Positions 9,352-19,487 of a stretch of 64,000 nt of DNA are shown one piece after another. Made by a program: the position numbers and the translations under genes. This stretch comes from Chryseobacterium sp. (GTDB lineage Bacteria; Bacteroidota; Bacteroidia; Flavobacteriales; Weeksellaceae): NCBI RefSeq assembly GCF_041914225.1, contig NZ_JAYSDT010000005.1, forward strand, positions 21,511-85,510. The letters are read 5' to 3'. The stretch's first letter is position 1. Each line of letters starts with the position of its first letter. The notes beneath the pieces are model-generated. The model searched no databases. It was not told the origin of the DNA and saw nothing but the letters and a program-made list of their open reading frames with translations.

Positions 9352-11034
9352 TTAGCTATTTTTTAATTCTTTTCCCAGCTTACTGTTTTTGTATCCGTAG
9401 CAGAAATAAATAACCATTCCGATCAGGAACCACATCCCGAACCAGAACCAGTTCTCGTGACTCATTCCTGTAAGAAGATACAGACATGAGCTTAATCCGA
9501 CCAATGGAATCAATGATAAATTCTTTATAAATGCTACAACACATAAAATCAGGTTGATGATAATAAAGAAGAAAATAGAAGCTCTGAATTCTCCTTCATT
9601 GGGGTCTGACCAGTTCATCAGGCTGTCAAAAAATTCCGGCTGCCATTGATAGAAAGCAATTAATCCACCAATAAAAACAACGGGGAAAATGATTTTACCA
9701 TTTACATAAGGAAGATGAAATCTGCCTTTTATTTTTTCTTTGGCGGGAAGAAGAAGTACTCCGGCACATACCAGTACGAAGGCAAAAATAGTTCCGATAC
9801 TCGTAAAGTCAAGGATGAAAGTTTTGTCTGTAAACAGGATAGGAATCCCCACTACAATCCCGGTAACGATAGTTGCATATGATGGTGTTTTATATTTAGG
9901 GTGTATCTTTTGAAATCTTGCAGGCATCAGTCCGTCACGGCTCATAGCATACCAGATTCTCGGCTGTCCCATCTGGAATACTAATAATACTGTAGTAATG
10001 GCTACGATGGCTACGAAAGAAACCACCAGTTCCATCCATGCTACATTGGCGTTTGTTTTTTCGAATATAAATGAAAGCGGATCTCCCACACCATCAAATT
10101 TCTTGTAATCCACCATTCCCGTTAATACCAGTGTTAAAGCAATATAAATTACCGTACATAGTACAAGGGAAATGATCATTCCTTTGGGTAAGGTTTTCTG
10201 CGGATCTTTGGTCTCTTCGGAAAGTACACTTAAAGCATCAAATCCTATGTAAGCGAAGAATACACCGGATACGGCACTCATTACTCCTGCAAAGCCATTC
10301 GGCATGAAGGAAGGTGTTCCTGTTGCCGGACTTACAGGAGTCCAGTTTTCAGTGTTGATGTAAGCAAAACCAACCAGAATAACCAGTAGAATAACCCCCA
10401 GTTTTAAAATCACCAGAGAGTTGTTGAAATTTTTACTTTCTTTAACTCCTACATAACAAAGCCATGTAATCAATCCATTGATAACCAATGCAGGAATATC
10501 AACAATGAACTTCAAACTTCCGATTAACGGTGCTGTTTTCCATGCATTTAATAATTCTTTATTTTCTGAACCATACTGAAAAGCCTTTCTGGCTTCGGTA
10601 TAGCTGCAGGTCAGGTAATCAGGAATATGCATTCCGAGACGGCCTAAAAAACTGGTGAAATAATCTGACCAGGAAAAGGCTACATAAATATTTCCGAAAG
10701 AATATTCCATAATCAAAGCCCAGCCGATGATCCAGGCAATTAATTCCCCAAAACTGGCATAGGCATACGTGTAGGCAGACCCGGCCGTAGGAATTCTGCT
10801 GGCAAATTCAGCATAGCATAACGCAGTAAAGCCACAGGCAAAACCACAAATCAAATATAGAAGGATAACACCGGGACCCCCTCTGAAAACGGCTTCTCCC
10901 AAACTGCTGAAACTCCCAGCTCCAATAATGGCCGCAATACCAAAAAATACAATGTCCCACACACCTAAGACCCTTAAAAGCCCCGTTGAAGTATCTGTAT
11001 CTGAATAGATTTTTCTTCTAAAAAGTTGACTCAT
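9352..11034 (-). CDS. APC-family amino acid permease
   Basis: GIAAIIGAG, CYAEFASRIPTAGSAYTY, FFAYIGFD, AMSRDGL; many TM segments. Confidence 0.93.
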   Translation of the reverse strand: MSQLFRRKIYSDTDTSTGLLRVLGVWDIVFFGIAAIIGAGSFSSLGEAVFRGGPGVILLYLICGFACGFTALCYAEFASRIPTAGSAYTYAYASFGELIAWIIGWALIMEYSFGNIYVAFSWSDYFTSFLGRLGMHIPDYLTCSYTEARKAFQYGSENKELLNAWKTAPLIGSLKFIVDIPALVINGLITWLCYVGVKESKNFNNSLVILKLGVILLVILVGFAYINTENWTPVSPATGTPSFMPNGFAGVMSAVSGVFFAYIGFDALSVLSEETKDPQKTLPKGMIISLVLCTVIYIALTLVLTGMVDYKKFDGVGDPLSFIFEKTNANVAWMELVVSFVAIVAITTVLLVFQMGQPRIWYAMSRDGLMPARFQKIHPKYKTPSYATIVTGIVVGIPILFTDKTFILDFTSIGTIFAFVLVCAGVLLLPAKEKIKGRFHLPYVNGKIIFPVVFIGGLIAFYQWQPEFFDSLMNWSDPNEGEFRASIFFFIIINLILCVVAFIKNLSLIPLVGLSSCLYLLTGMSHENWFWFGMWFLIGMVIYFCYGYKNSKLGKELKNS

Positions 11035-11138
11035 TCAATAACTATATTTGATTTGAAAAAAAGCAAATGTAATGATTTTTTATTTTGATGTTAACAGTCG
11101 TTAACAACATTTAAGCAAAAATGCTCAAACAAAAGAAT

Positions 11139-13403
11139 TTACTCTTTATAAATGGGAATTTCCACATAACTGTCGTTGTACCATTTTATTTCCAAAGGCT
11201 CACCTGCATCTTTTATAGTTTCATCACTAACATTTTTTCCTGTGCCATAATTGACCTGCCAGTTCTTATTTTTATTAACCCCTACCAATAAGACCAGTTT
11301 GCTTCCTTTTTCTATTTTTTTGCTGATAAAAAATGAGTTTTTGATTGGGATCTTCTCCTTTTTGCCAGGTTTAAGCAGATGACGTTTGGAATTGTTTTTT
11401 GCATAGCTGGCTCGGGTAAGATGTGTAGACAGTAAAAATACCTTACCATCCGGCTGTACCTGATATAATAAGGTTTTGGGATCAAAATCCTTCTTGTTGA
11501 TGGAAACGTTGAATATCCCGGATAAATTTCCGCTTACAATAATATCTTTGTCCAGAATTTCACTTTCAAAATAAACAGAATTGGTTACATATACACTGTC
11601 CTGTTTGCTTACTGTATGATAAAGATATTTCGGATTTCTGTCTTTAAAGTCAATGGTCTGTTTGGTAAATTGTTCAATTCCGGGTTTCTCAAAAACTGAA
11701 GAACCGTTTTTACGATCCTGAAGATAAAATTTAAGAGAAGACGAGTGCATTTTATCAAGTGTAGGAACATGTTTCCATGTATTACTGTTCATGATCTGAA
11801 AATTGACTTTATCTTTCAGAAGTTCCGGTTTTTTGCCATCCTTCAGAATATAATCGAACCATGAAAAAGCAAGCTGATCAATACTTATTCTGGCTACGGG
11901 ATCTATGAGTAGATTCCCATAACCGAAAACATAAACATAATTGTTTCCATAACTTTGAGCTGCTGCATGATCATAAGGTCCTATCACTAAATAGTGGTTA
12001 GGGTTTTTGTTGTATTTGTGATGTTCTTTATAATAATACAGTGCTCCGATCTGATCAGCATCATAATAACCTGTAGTCGTTAAAACAGGAATGTTTATTT
12101 TGGCAAAATCTTTTTTGTAAGGAACCATGTTCTGCCAGTATTTATCATAACCGGGATGATCCAGCCATCTTTGGAATATTTTATTGGGTTTCCCGCTTAA
12201 AGAATCCAGGGCTCTGAATGATCTGCCGCTTTTGTACCATGCTGTATTGATAGAGTCCCATTTTGTATCATTATTAAAGCTTGCTTCATCAGTCAGCTTA
12301 TTATTGGTGACGTAGTGGATCCACTGGAGCATATAGCCCTTGAAGACATTATTTTGAGAAGGATAATCTATTCCGATCCCTACCGAAACCTGAGGTACAA
12401 TAGTTTTCAAAGCCGGGTGCAGTTTTTTGGCAGCTGCCCATTGGCTGAATCCTAAATAACTTCCGCCTATCATTCCTACTTTACCATTGCTCCATGGTTG
12501 TTTGCTTACCCAGTCTATGACCTCATAAAGATCCTGAGCTTCATCTTCAAACGGATTATTGGGGTCATTGCTGTCTCTTTTTCCACGGGTATTAACCACG
12601 GCTCCTACGTAATTGTAAACTGCTGCTCTTTTCCCTATTCCTGCATCTACATATTCTCCGGCATAAATATTATTGGTAAGTATAACGGGAAGAGGAGAGG
12701 TGTTTTCTTTTTTCCGTACAATCGTAATGGTGAGTTTTGTACCATTTTTTAAAGTAAGGATTTTGGATTCGATGATGAATTTTTCCTGCTCCTTTACTTT
12801 AAGCAGCTGCATAATCTGGGGCTTGATGCTTGAGTAGGTCTTATAATTGACATAGTTTTTACATAAAGTCAGAGCGGAAGCATAGTCTATACTATCCTTA
12901 TCTTTTTGCTTGTCAAGTGATGCTTTCAGCTTTTTTTTATGATCCTTTACATCTGAATCAATATCCAGAGTAGGCCCTACTTTAGCAGTCAGCGTCTCAG
13001 GTAAACTCTCATATTTTGTAGTAAAGGCCGCTTGAAGAGCATCAGGAAACGAAATTTTTTTATCCTTTTCCATCAGCCTGGCCATGCTATAGATTTCAAA
13101 AGCAAGATATTTGTTCCCTGCCATGTTATGATCTGCATACTCCTTACGGTAATCGGTTAAACTTGCAATAGAATTTTTGTAATCCTCCGCAGCAAGCTGT
13201 AAACGAAACAGGTTATCTAAAAACGTGAGTGTATACTTTGGTTTGTTTTTAGGAGATTGATATTCAGTAATCACCTTTAAAGCGAGTTCCGGGATTTGTT
13301 TTTCCAAAATGACAGAATCTGTTGCCGCTGTCCTCGGAAAGTAAAATTTCTGGGCCTGCATTAGATTGACAAAAAATAATGCTAAAAGTATCTTAAATTT
13401 CAT
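11139..13403 (-). CDS. Secreted CocE/NonD-family serine hydrolase (paralog 1)
   Basis: Signal peptide, NTRGK, QPWSNGKVGMIGGSYLG nucleophile elbow, GYYD, GPYDH; start placed at ATG 13403. Confidence 0.92.
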   Translation of the reverse strand: MKFKILLALFFVNLMQAQKFYFPRTAATDSVILEKQIPELALKVITEYQSPKNKPKYTLTFLDNLFRLQLAAEDYKNSIASLTDYRKEYADHNMAGNKYLAFEIYSMARLMEKDKKISFPDALQAAFTTKYESLPETLTAKVGPTLDIDSDVKDHKKKLKASLDKQKDKDSIDYASALTLCKNYVNYKTYSSIKPQIMQLLKVKEQEKFIIESKILTLKNGTKLTITIVRKKENTSPLPVILTNNIYAGEYVDAGIGKRAAVYNYVGAVVNTRGKRDSNDPNNPFEDEAQDLYEVIDWVSKQPWSNGKVGMIGGSYLGFSQWAAAKKLHPALKTIVPQVSVGIGIDYPSQNNVFKGYMLQWIHYVTNNKLTDEASFNNDTKWDSINTAWYKSGRSFRALDSLSGKPNKIFQRWLDHPGYDKYWQNMVPYKKDFAKINIPVLTTTGYYDADQIGALYYYKEHHKYNKNPNHYLVIGPYDHAAAQSYGNNYVYVFGYGNLLIDPVARISIDQLAFSWFDYILKDGKKPELLKDKVNFQIMNSNTWKHVPTLDKMHSSSLKFYLQDRKNGSSVFEKPGIEQFTKQTIDFKDRNPKYLYHTVSKQDSVYVTNSVYFESEILDKDIIVSGNLSGIFNVSINKKDFDPKTLLYQVQPDGKVFLLSTHLTRASYAKNNSKRHLLKPGKKEKIPIKNSFFISKKIEKGSKLVLLVGVNKNKNWQVNYGTGKNVSDETIKDAGEPLEIKWYNDSYVEIPIYKE

Positions 13404-13499
13404 TAATGGTATGTTTTGAGCCACTGAAAAAGTATCACATCAAAATGCCCTGATCATTGAGTGCTCATTGGTTATTTTTTGCCGGCTAAATTAAGGATT

Positions 13500-15737
13500 T
13501 TAATCTTTATAGACAGGGATTTCCACATAGCTGTCATTGTACCATTTTATCTCCAGCGGCTCTCCGGAATCTTTTATCGTTTCATCACTTACATCATTGC
13601 CTGAACCGTAATTAATCTGCCAGTTAGGGTTCTTGTTAACGCCGACCAATAAAAGTAATTTGCTTCCCTTTTCTATCTTTTTACTCATAACGTAGGAGTT
13701 ATTGATTGGGATCTGCTCCGCTTTATTTGGTTTAAGAAGCTGTCGTTTTTCATTATCCTTAGCGTAGCTGGCTCTTACGATATGGGTTGATAGTAAATAG
13801 GATTTTCCATCCGGAGAAATCTGGTACAGATAAGTATCAGTGTCAAAATCTTTTTTATTGACCGAAACATTGAAAACTCCTGAGAAGTTTCCGCTCATGA
13901 TGATATCTCTGTCAAGTACTTCACTTTCAAAAGCAACAGAATTCGTCGTTTTTATACTGTCTTTTTTGCTGACTTTATAATAGGTGTCTTTCTGATCCCT
14001 GTTTTTTAAATCAACGGTTTGCCTGGTGAAGCTCTGGCTTTCCGGTTTGCTGAATACTGAAGAAGTATTTTTTTTGTCCTGAAGGTAAAATTTCAAGGAA
14101 GAATTGTGCATTTTGTTAAGATCAGCAACATGTTTCCATGTATTCGTATTCATGACCTGAAAATTGATCCTGTCTTTTAAGATTTCCGGTTTTTTACCTC
14201 CTTTAAGAATATAATCAAACCAGGAAAAAGCAAGATCATCAATACTGATTCTGGCTACCGGATCAATAGGATTTCCATTCACATACGTAAACCCGAAATT
14301 TTGTGCCCCTCCATGATTATAAGGACCAATTACCAGATAATGATCAGCATTTTTATTGTACAGATGATGTTGCTTAAAATAATACAGCGCGCCAATCTGA
14401 TCGTCATCATAATATCCTGTAGTGGTCAGGATCGGAATATTGATTTTAGAAAAATCTTCTTTGTAAGGAACCATTTTCTGCCAGTACTCATCATATCCCG
14501 GATGATCCAGCCATCGCTGGAATATTTTGCTGGGTTTCCCGCTTATTTTATCTAACGATCTGAATGATTTCCCGCTTTTGTACCATTTACTAAAAATAGA
14601 ATCCCATTTTACAGCATTGGTAAAATCTGCCTCATCGGTAAATTTATTGTTGGTTACATACTGAATCCACTGCAGCATATAGCTCATGAAGACATTATTC
14701 TGAGCAGGATAATCTATTCCGATGCCTACTGCTACCTGAGGAACTATCGTTTTCAATGCAGGATGAAGCTTTTTTACCGCAGCCCACTGACTAAAGCCTA
14801 AATAACTTCCTCCTACCATTCCCACTGTTCCATTGGACCACGGCTGTTTGCTTACCCAGTCTATCACTTCATAAATATCTTCCGATTCATGCTCAAAAGG
14901 ATTGTTGGCATCATTGCTGTTTCTCTTACCCCTGGTATTGACTACAGCTCCCACATAATTATAGGTAGCAGCTCTCTTTCCAAGGAAATTATCAATGGGA
15001 CCTGCATAGATATTATTGGTTAAAATAACAGGAAGCGGGGAAGTGTTTTCCTTTTTGCGGACAATAGTGATCGTTAACGTATTCCCGTTGATCTTAAGGT
15101 CTTTCGTTTCGGTAATGAATTTTTCCTTGTCTTTTGAAGCCAGCAGCTGCATGACCTGAGGTTTGATGCTGGAGTAGGTTTTATAGCTCAGATAACTTTT
15201 ACATAAAGCCAGCGCTGTTCTGTAATCGATACTGTCCTTGCCTTTTTGCTTATCCAGCAGGTTCTTTAACAATTTTCTGGATTCTTTCACATCTCCGTTA
15301 AGAGCGAGCTCCAGTCTTGGAATCAAATTTTCCGGAAGACTTTCATATTTTTGGTTGAATACTTTTTGGAGCGCACTGGAAAAAGAAATATTGTTTTCTT
15401 TTTGTTCCGTCTTTGCAAGGGTGTACAGCTCAAATCCAATATATCTGTATCCACCCATATTGTTATCGGCAAACAGATTACGGTTTTCAGAAAGAGAAGC
15501 CAACGAGTTTTTGTAATCCTGGGCAACCATCTGCAATCGGAAAAGATTATCCATAAGGTCAACGGTATTTTCCGGTTTATACTTTGCAGACTGAAGGTGA
15601 GGAATCACTTGCTGTGCAAGTCCCGGCATCTGTTTTTCCAATATAACAGAGTCAGTTACAGCTGTTTTTGGAAAGTAAAATTTTTGTGCCTGTATAAGGT
15701 TGACAAAAATTAATGCTAAAAGTATCTTAAATTTCAT
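13500..15737 (-). CDS. Secreted CocE/NonD-family serine hydrolase (paralog 2)
   Basis: Same motifs (GGSYLG, GYYD, GPYNH); collinear with the downstream paralog. Confidence 0.92.
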   Translation of the reverse strand: MKFKILLALIFVNLIQAQKFYFPKTAVTDSVILEKQMPGLAQQVIPHLQSAKYKPENTVDLMDNLFRLQMVAQDYKNSLASLSENRNLFADNNMGGYRYIGFELYTLAKTEQKENNISFSSALQKVFNQKYESLPENLIPRLELALNGDVKESRKLLKNLLDKQKGKDSIDYRTALALCKSYLSYKTYSSIKPQVMQLLASKDKEKFITETKDLKINGNTLTITIVRKKENTSPLPVILTNNIYAGPIDNFLGKRAATYNYVGAVVNTRGKRNSNDANNPFEHESEDIYEVIDWVSKQPWSNGTVGMVGGSYLGFSQWAAVKKLHPALKTIVPQVAVGIGIDYPAQNNVFMSYMLQWIQYVTNNKFTDEADFTNAVKWDSIFSKWYKSGKSFRSLDKISGKPSKIFQRWLDHPGYDEYWQKMVPYKEDFSKINIPILTTTGYYDDDQIGALYYFKQHHLYNKNADHYLVIGPYNHGGAQNFGFTYVNGNPIDPVARISIDDLAFSWFDYILKGGKKPEILKDRINFQVMNTNTWKHVADLNKMHNSSLKFYLQDKKNTSSVFSKPESQSFTRQTVDLKNRDQKDTYYKVSKKDSIKTTNSVAFESEVLDRDIIMSGNFSGVFNVSVNKKDFDTDTYLYQISPDGKSYLLSTHIVRASYAKDNEKRQLLKPNKAEQIPINNSYVMSKKIEKGSKLLLLVGVNKNPNWQINYGSGNDVSDETIKDSGEPLEIKWYNDSYVEIPVYKD

Positions 15738-15993
15738 GTATTGGTGTGTTTATGGTATGTTTTTAGCTGCTGTTGAAAAAGTATCAAATTAAAATAAGTT
15801 TTTGATAACTGTTTATTAAAATTGTTTACATTTTATCAGACGAAAGTAGTAAATTTTATCATTAGGCAGTGAGAAATTTTCATTGTTATAAAATTGTTAT
15901 TTACAACCATTAAATCTGTTAAAACTTGCTTAAACAATAAGTTTTTAATATTTTCGTTAACTTATTTAGACTAATTTTCTTATATCAAGAAGA

Positions 15994-18957
15994 ATGAAAT
16001 CAAAAAAAATACTTTTAGCGGCTGCGGTCATTTATTTCGGAATCTCCGATGCTCAACAGTCCCAATATTTTACCCAGAAAGAAAATTACAGGTTCAATCT
16101 AGCCGAAAATCTTTATCAGACCAAAATATACAACGCCTCCCAATACGAATATGCAAGACAATATTTCTACAATCAGAATTTGTCCCGTTCTAAGAAGGAA
16201 GGCGCACAGTTTTTTGATAATGTGATTGGCGTTATTCTTCAGAAAAATCATGCTGAAGAGGGATTAACCGCTTTCATGAAAGAATATCCTAATTCTGCTT
16301 ATTTTGCACAGGCGAATCTTCCGCTTGCGGATTATTATTTGGCAAAAAAAGATTTTGACAAAGCGCTGGAAACACTTAAAAAAGTAAATCAGTATCAGCT
16401 TTCGAAAGAGGAAAATACACAGTATATTCTTAAGCTTGGGTATGCAAAATTTATGACAGGTGATTCTAAAGGAGCTATTGATGCTCTGGAAGAAGCTTAT
16501 AAAACAGCAGATCAGTCTCAGAAGGGAGATATTGCTTATATGCTTGGGCACTTATATTACAGCAACAGGCAAAATGATAAAGCTTTCCAGTATTTTGATT
16601 CCGTTAAAGATCAGGATAAATTCTCAAAGCTTGTACGTCCTTATTATGTGCAGATGTATTATAATGATAAGAACTACGATCAGGCCATTACAGAGGGAAA
16701 TGCCCTGTTGAACGAAAATATTTCAGATTCTTATAAAGCGGAGGTTCACAAGATCATCGGGGAGAGTTATTTCATGAAGAATGATTATAATTCTGCTTAT
16801 CCCCATTTAAAAGACTACCTGAGCGTACAGCAGAATCCATCTGAAAACGATTTGTATGAGATGGGTTTTGTGGCAGCACAGCTGAAAAAGTATGATGAAG
16901 CGGTTTCTTATTACAACCAGCTTCTGAACAGCAATTCTGCATTGGCGCAGAATGCTTACTATCAGTTAGGAAATGCCTATCTGGCAGTAGATAAAAAGCA
17001 GGAGGCACTTTCTGCATTCCGTTCTTCTTACCAGATGGATTATGATGCAAAAGTGAAAAAACTGGCTCATGAGCAGTACGCCAAATTAAGTTACGATATC
17101 GGTAACCCGTTTGAAAGTCCTTCTGCGGTTATCCAAAGCTATATCAACGAGAATCAGGATGGAGCCAATGCTTCTGAAATGAGATCATTATTGGTGAAAT
17201 CATACCTGTATTCCGGAAACTATAAAGAAACCCTGAACGCGATCGACAGATTACAGAGTTCAACTCCTGAGATCAACAAAGTAGATCAGGAAGTTTCTTA
17301 TCTGTTGGGAACTGAAGAATTCAACAAAGGAAATTATGATGACGCTGAGAAGTATTTCTTAAGAAGTCTTGGTTTCAATATCAATAAAGAATTTAACAGC
17401 AGAGCTTTATACTGGCTGGCACAGGTGTATTACCAGAAAGGAAATTATCCGTCTGCCATTGTTCGTTACGAAAAGCTTCTTAACGAAAATTTCCCTGAGA
17501 AGCAGCAGCTTCCTTATGATTTGGGATATGCCTATTTCAAATCCAAAAAATTTGATCAGGCTGCAACTTACTTCAAGCAGTATCTTGCCAATCCTAAACC
17601 GGAATTTAAAAATGATGCAGAACTTCGTCTTGCAGATATTCATTATGCCAATAATGACCTGAACGAAGCGATTGCCATTTATGATAAAAATGAAGATGCC
17701 ACGGATTATACTTTGTACCAGAAAGCAATGGCTTTAGGATTTAAAGGTGATACGCAGGCAAAAATTAACAACCTTAAAAACCTTTTATCAAAATATCCGG
17801 ATTCCGAATATTACGATGATGCTCAGTACGAAATAGGAACGGCATACGCTGCTCAGGATGATTTTGCGAACTCCAATGATTATTTCGGAAAAGTAATTAA
17901 GGGCTCTTCCGACAAAGATCTGATCGCCAATGCATCTATCTACAGAGCACAGAATTATATTGACCAAAACCAGAATGACAAAGCACTTTCTGAGTTGAAG
18001 TCTTTGGGTGAGCAGTATAAAAATACAGCTTATGCCCAAAAAGTTGTTCAGGCTGCTAAACCTATCTTTACGAAAAACGGAGATGTTTCCGGATATGAAA
18101 CCTTCGCAAGAAATATTGGGGTAAATGTAGATGCTGCTGAAATTGATGAGATCAACTTGTCAACAGGTAAACAGCTGTTCGCGAAGAAAGATTATAAGAA
18201 CGCCATTTCGTACTACGAAAAGTATCTGACACAGAATCCAACAGGGGAAGGATTGTACCAGGCGAAGTATGAATTGGGAGAAAGTTATTACCAGACCAAT
18301 AATTCAACTAAAGCTTTACTTGTTCTTCAGGAAGTGGCTGGAATTCAGAATGATTACCAGGATGATGCACAAACTCGTTTAGCTCAGATCTTCCTTGCAC
18401 AAGGGAATACAGCGGAAGCTAAAAAGTACCTTGAAGGCATTAAAAATTCTTCCAATGTCAGCATTAAAAATTATGCAAACGTAGAATTGATGAAACTGTA
18501 TGCAGAAGAAAATAATTTCTCAGAAGCTGAAAAATTAGCCAATGCAGTAATCGCCAATTCTAAAAACTCAGCAGCCGTTATTGAAACTGCGAAAGTGATC
18601 AAAGCAAGAAGTCTGATGAATTCAGGAAAAGATAAAGATGCACAGACGGCTTATTCTTCTCTTGAAAAATCATCAAATACTTCGGTAGCTGCAGAAGCTT
18701 TATATGCCAAAGCCTATTATCAGAACAAAGGGAAAGCGTTTAAGTCTTCTAATGAAACAATCTTTAAGCTTGCCAACAACTATGCTTCAGAGGAATTCTG
18801 GGGAGCGAAAGCATTAGTACTGATGGCGAAAAACTATATCGGCCTGAAGGATAACTACCAGGCAAGTTATACGTGTGATCAGATCATTGCTAACTATAAG
18901 GATTTCCCTGAAATTGTTGCAGAAGCAAAAGAAGTTAAAAAACAGATTAAGAAATAG
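15994..18957 (+). CDS. Large exported tetratricopeptide-repeat protein
   Basis: Signal peptide; many TPR units (AYYQLGNAYL, ALYWLAQVYY, AKYELGESYY). Confidence 0.9.
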   Translation: MKSKKILLAAAVIYFGISDAQQSQYFTQKENYRFNLAENLYQTKIYNASQYEYARQYFYNQNLSRSKKEGAQFFDNVIGVILQKNHAEEGLTAFMKEYPNSAYFAQANLPLADYYLAKKDFDKALETLKKVNQYQLSKEENTQYILKLGYAKFMTGDSKGAIDALEEAYKTADQSQKGDIAYMLGHLYYSNRQNDKAFQYFDSVKDQDKFSKLVRPYYVQMYYNDKNYDQAITEGNALLNENISDSYKAEVHKIIGESYFMKNDYNSAYPHLKDYLSVQQNPSENDLYEMGFVAAQLKKYDEAVSYYNQLLNSNSALAQNAYYQLGNAYLAVDKKQEALSAFRSSYQMDYDAKVKKLAHEQYAKLSYDIGNPFESPSAVIQSYINENQDGANASEMRSLLVKSYLYSGNYKETLNAIDRLQSSTPEINKVDQEVSYLLGTEEFNKGNYDDAEKYFLRSLGFNINKEFNSRALYWLAQVYYQKGNYPSAIVRYEKLLNENFPEKQQLPYDLGYAYFKSKKFDQAATYFKQYLANPKPEFKNDAELRLADIHYANNDLNEAIAIYDKNEDATDYTLYQKAMALGFKGDTQAKINNLKNLLSKYPDSEYYDDAQYEIGTAYAAQDDFANSNDYFGKVIKGSSDKDLIANASIYRAQNYIDQNQNDKALSELKSLGEQYKNTAYAQKVVQAAKPIFTKNGDVSGYETFARNIGVNVDAAEIDEINLSTGKQLFAKKDYKNAISYYEKYLTQNPTGEGLYQAKYELGESYYQTNNSTKALLVLQEVAGIQNDYQDDAQTRLAQIFLAQGNTAEAKKYLEGIKNSSNVSIKNYANVELMKLYAEENNFSEAEKLANAVIANSKNSAAVIETAKVIKARSLMNSGKDKDAQTAYSSLEKSSNTSVAAEALYAKAYYQNKGKAFKSSNETIFKLANNYASEEFWGAKALVLMAKNYIGLKDNYQASYTCDQIIANYKDFPEIVAEAKEVKKQIKK

Positions 18958-18960
18958 GAG

Positions 18961-19452
18961 ATGAAGGGTTTTAAAATTGCTGTTTATTCTTTCTTAGTTT
19001 CGGCTTCACTCTGGAGCTGCATTCCATCGTACAGTGCATATCCTAAAGAGTATAACCATGTAAAAGCTGATTTCAAAAAGCAAAAAGCTTTTGTAGTGAA
19101 TAAAGATCTTGAGAAAGAATTTAAAATTTTAAAACATTCCGATATTTACGAAATTGTAGAAGACAGTACCCATGCAGCGAAGATCACCCTGCATCCGATG
19201 AAGACCTATACTCCTCCTTGCGGAAACCCAATGATTGGAAGTATGATCACAGTCGGATTGCTGCCTTCAGGATTTCCATATGATATTGTTTACAGTTATG
19301 ATGTAGCTGAGAACAGTGCAACAAAAAATTATCAATACAAATTACAAGTTTATCAAAGCCTTTGGCTGTTTAATATATTCAGACTGGGGAGAACTTTTTC
19401 AAAACAGTCAGGGAAAGCTTTATTAGGCAGTTATATTGCTTCCAATAAATAA
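18961..19452 (+). CDS. Hypothetical lipoprotein
   Basis: Lipobox LWSC; starts 3 bp after the TPR gene stop. Confidence 0.7.
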   Translation: MKGFKIAVYSFLVSASLWSCIPSYSAYPKEYNHVKADFKKQKAFVVNKDLEKEFKILKHSDIYEIVEDSTHAAKITLHPMKTYTPPCGNPMIGSMITVGLLPSGFPYDIVYSYDVAENSATKNYQYKLQVYQSLWLFNIFRLGRTFSKQSGKALLGSYIASNK

Positions 19453-19487
19453 AAGCCCGTTATATATTTTTTTCAAATAAAGAAAAT

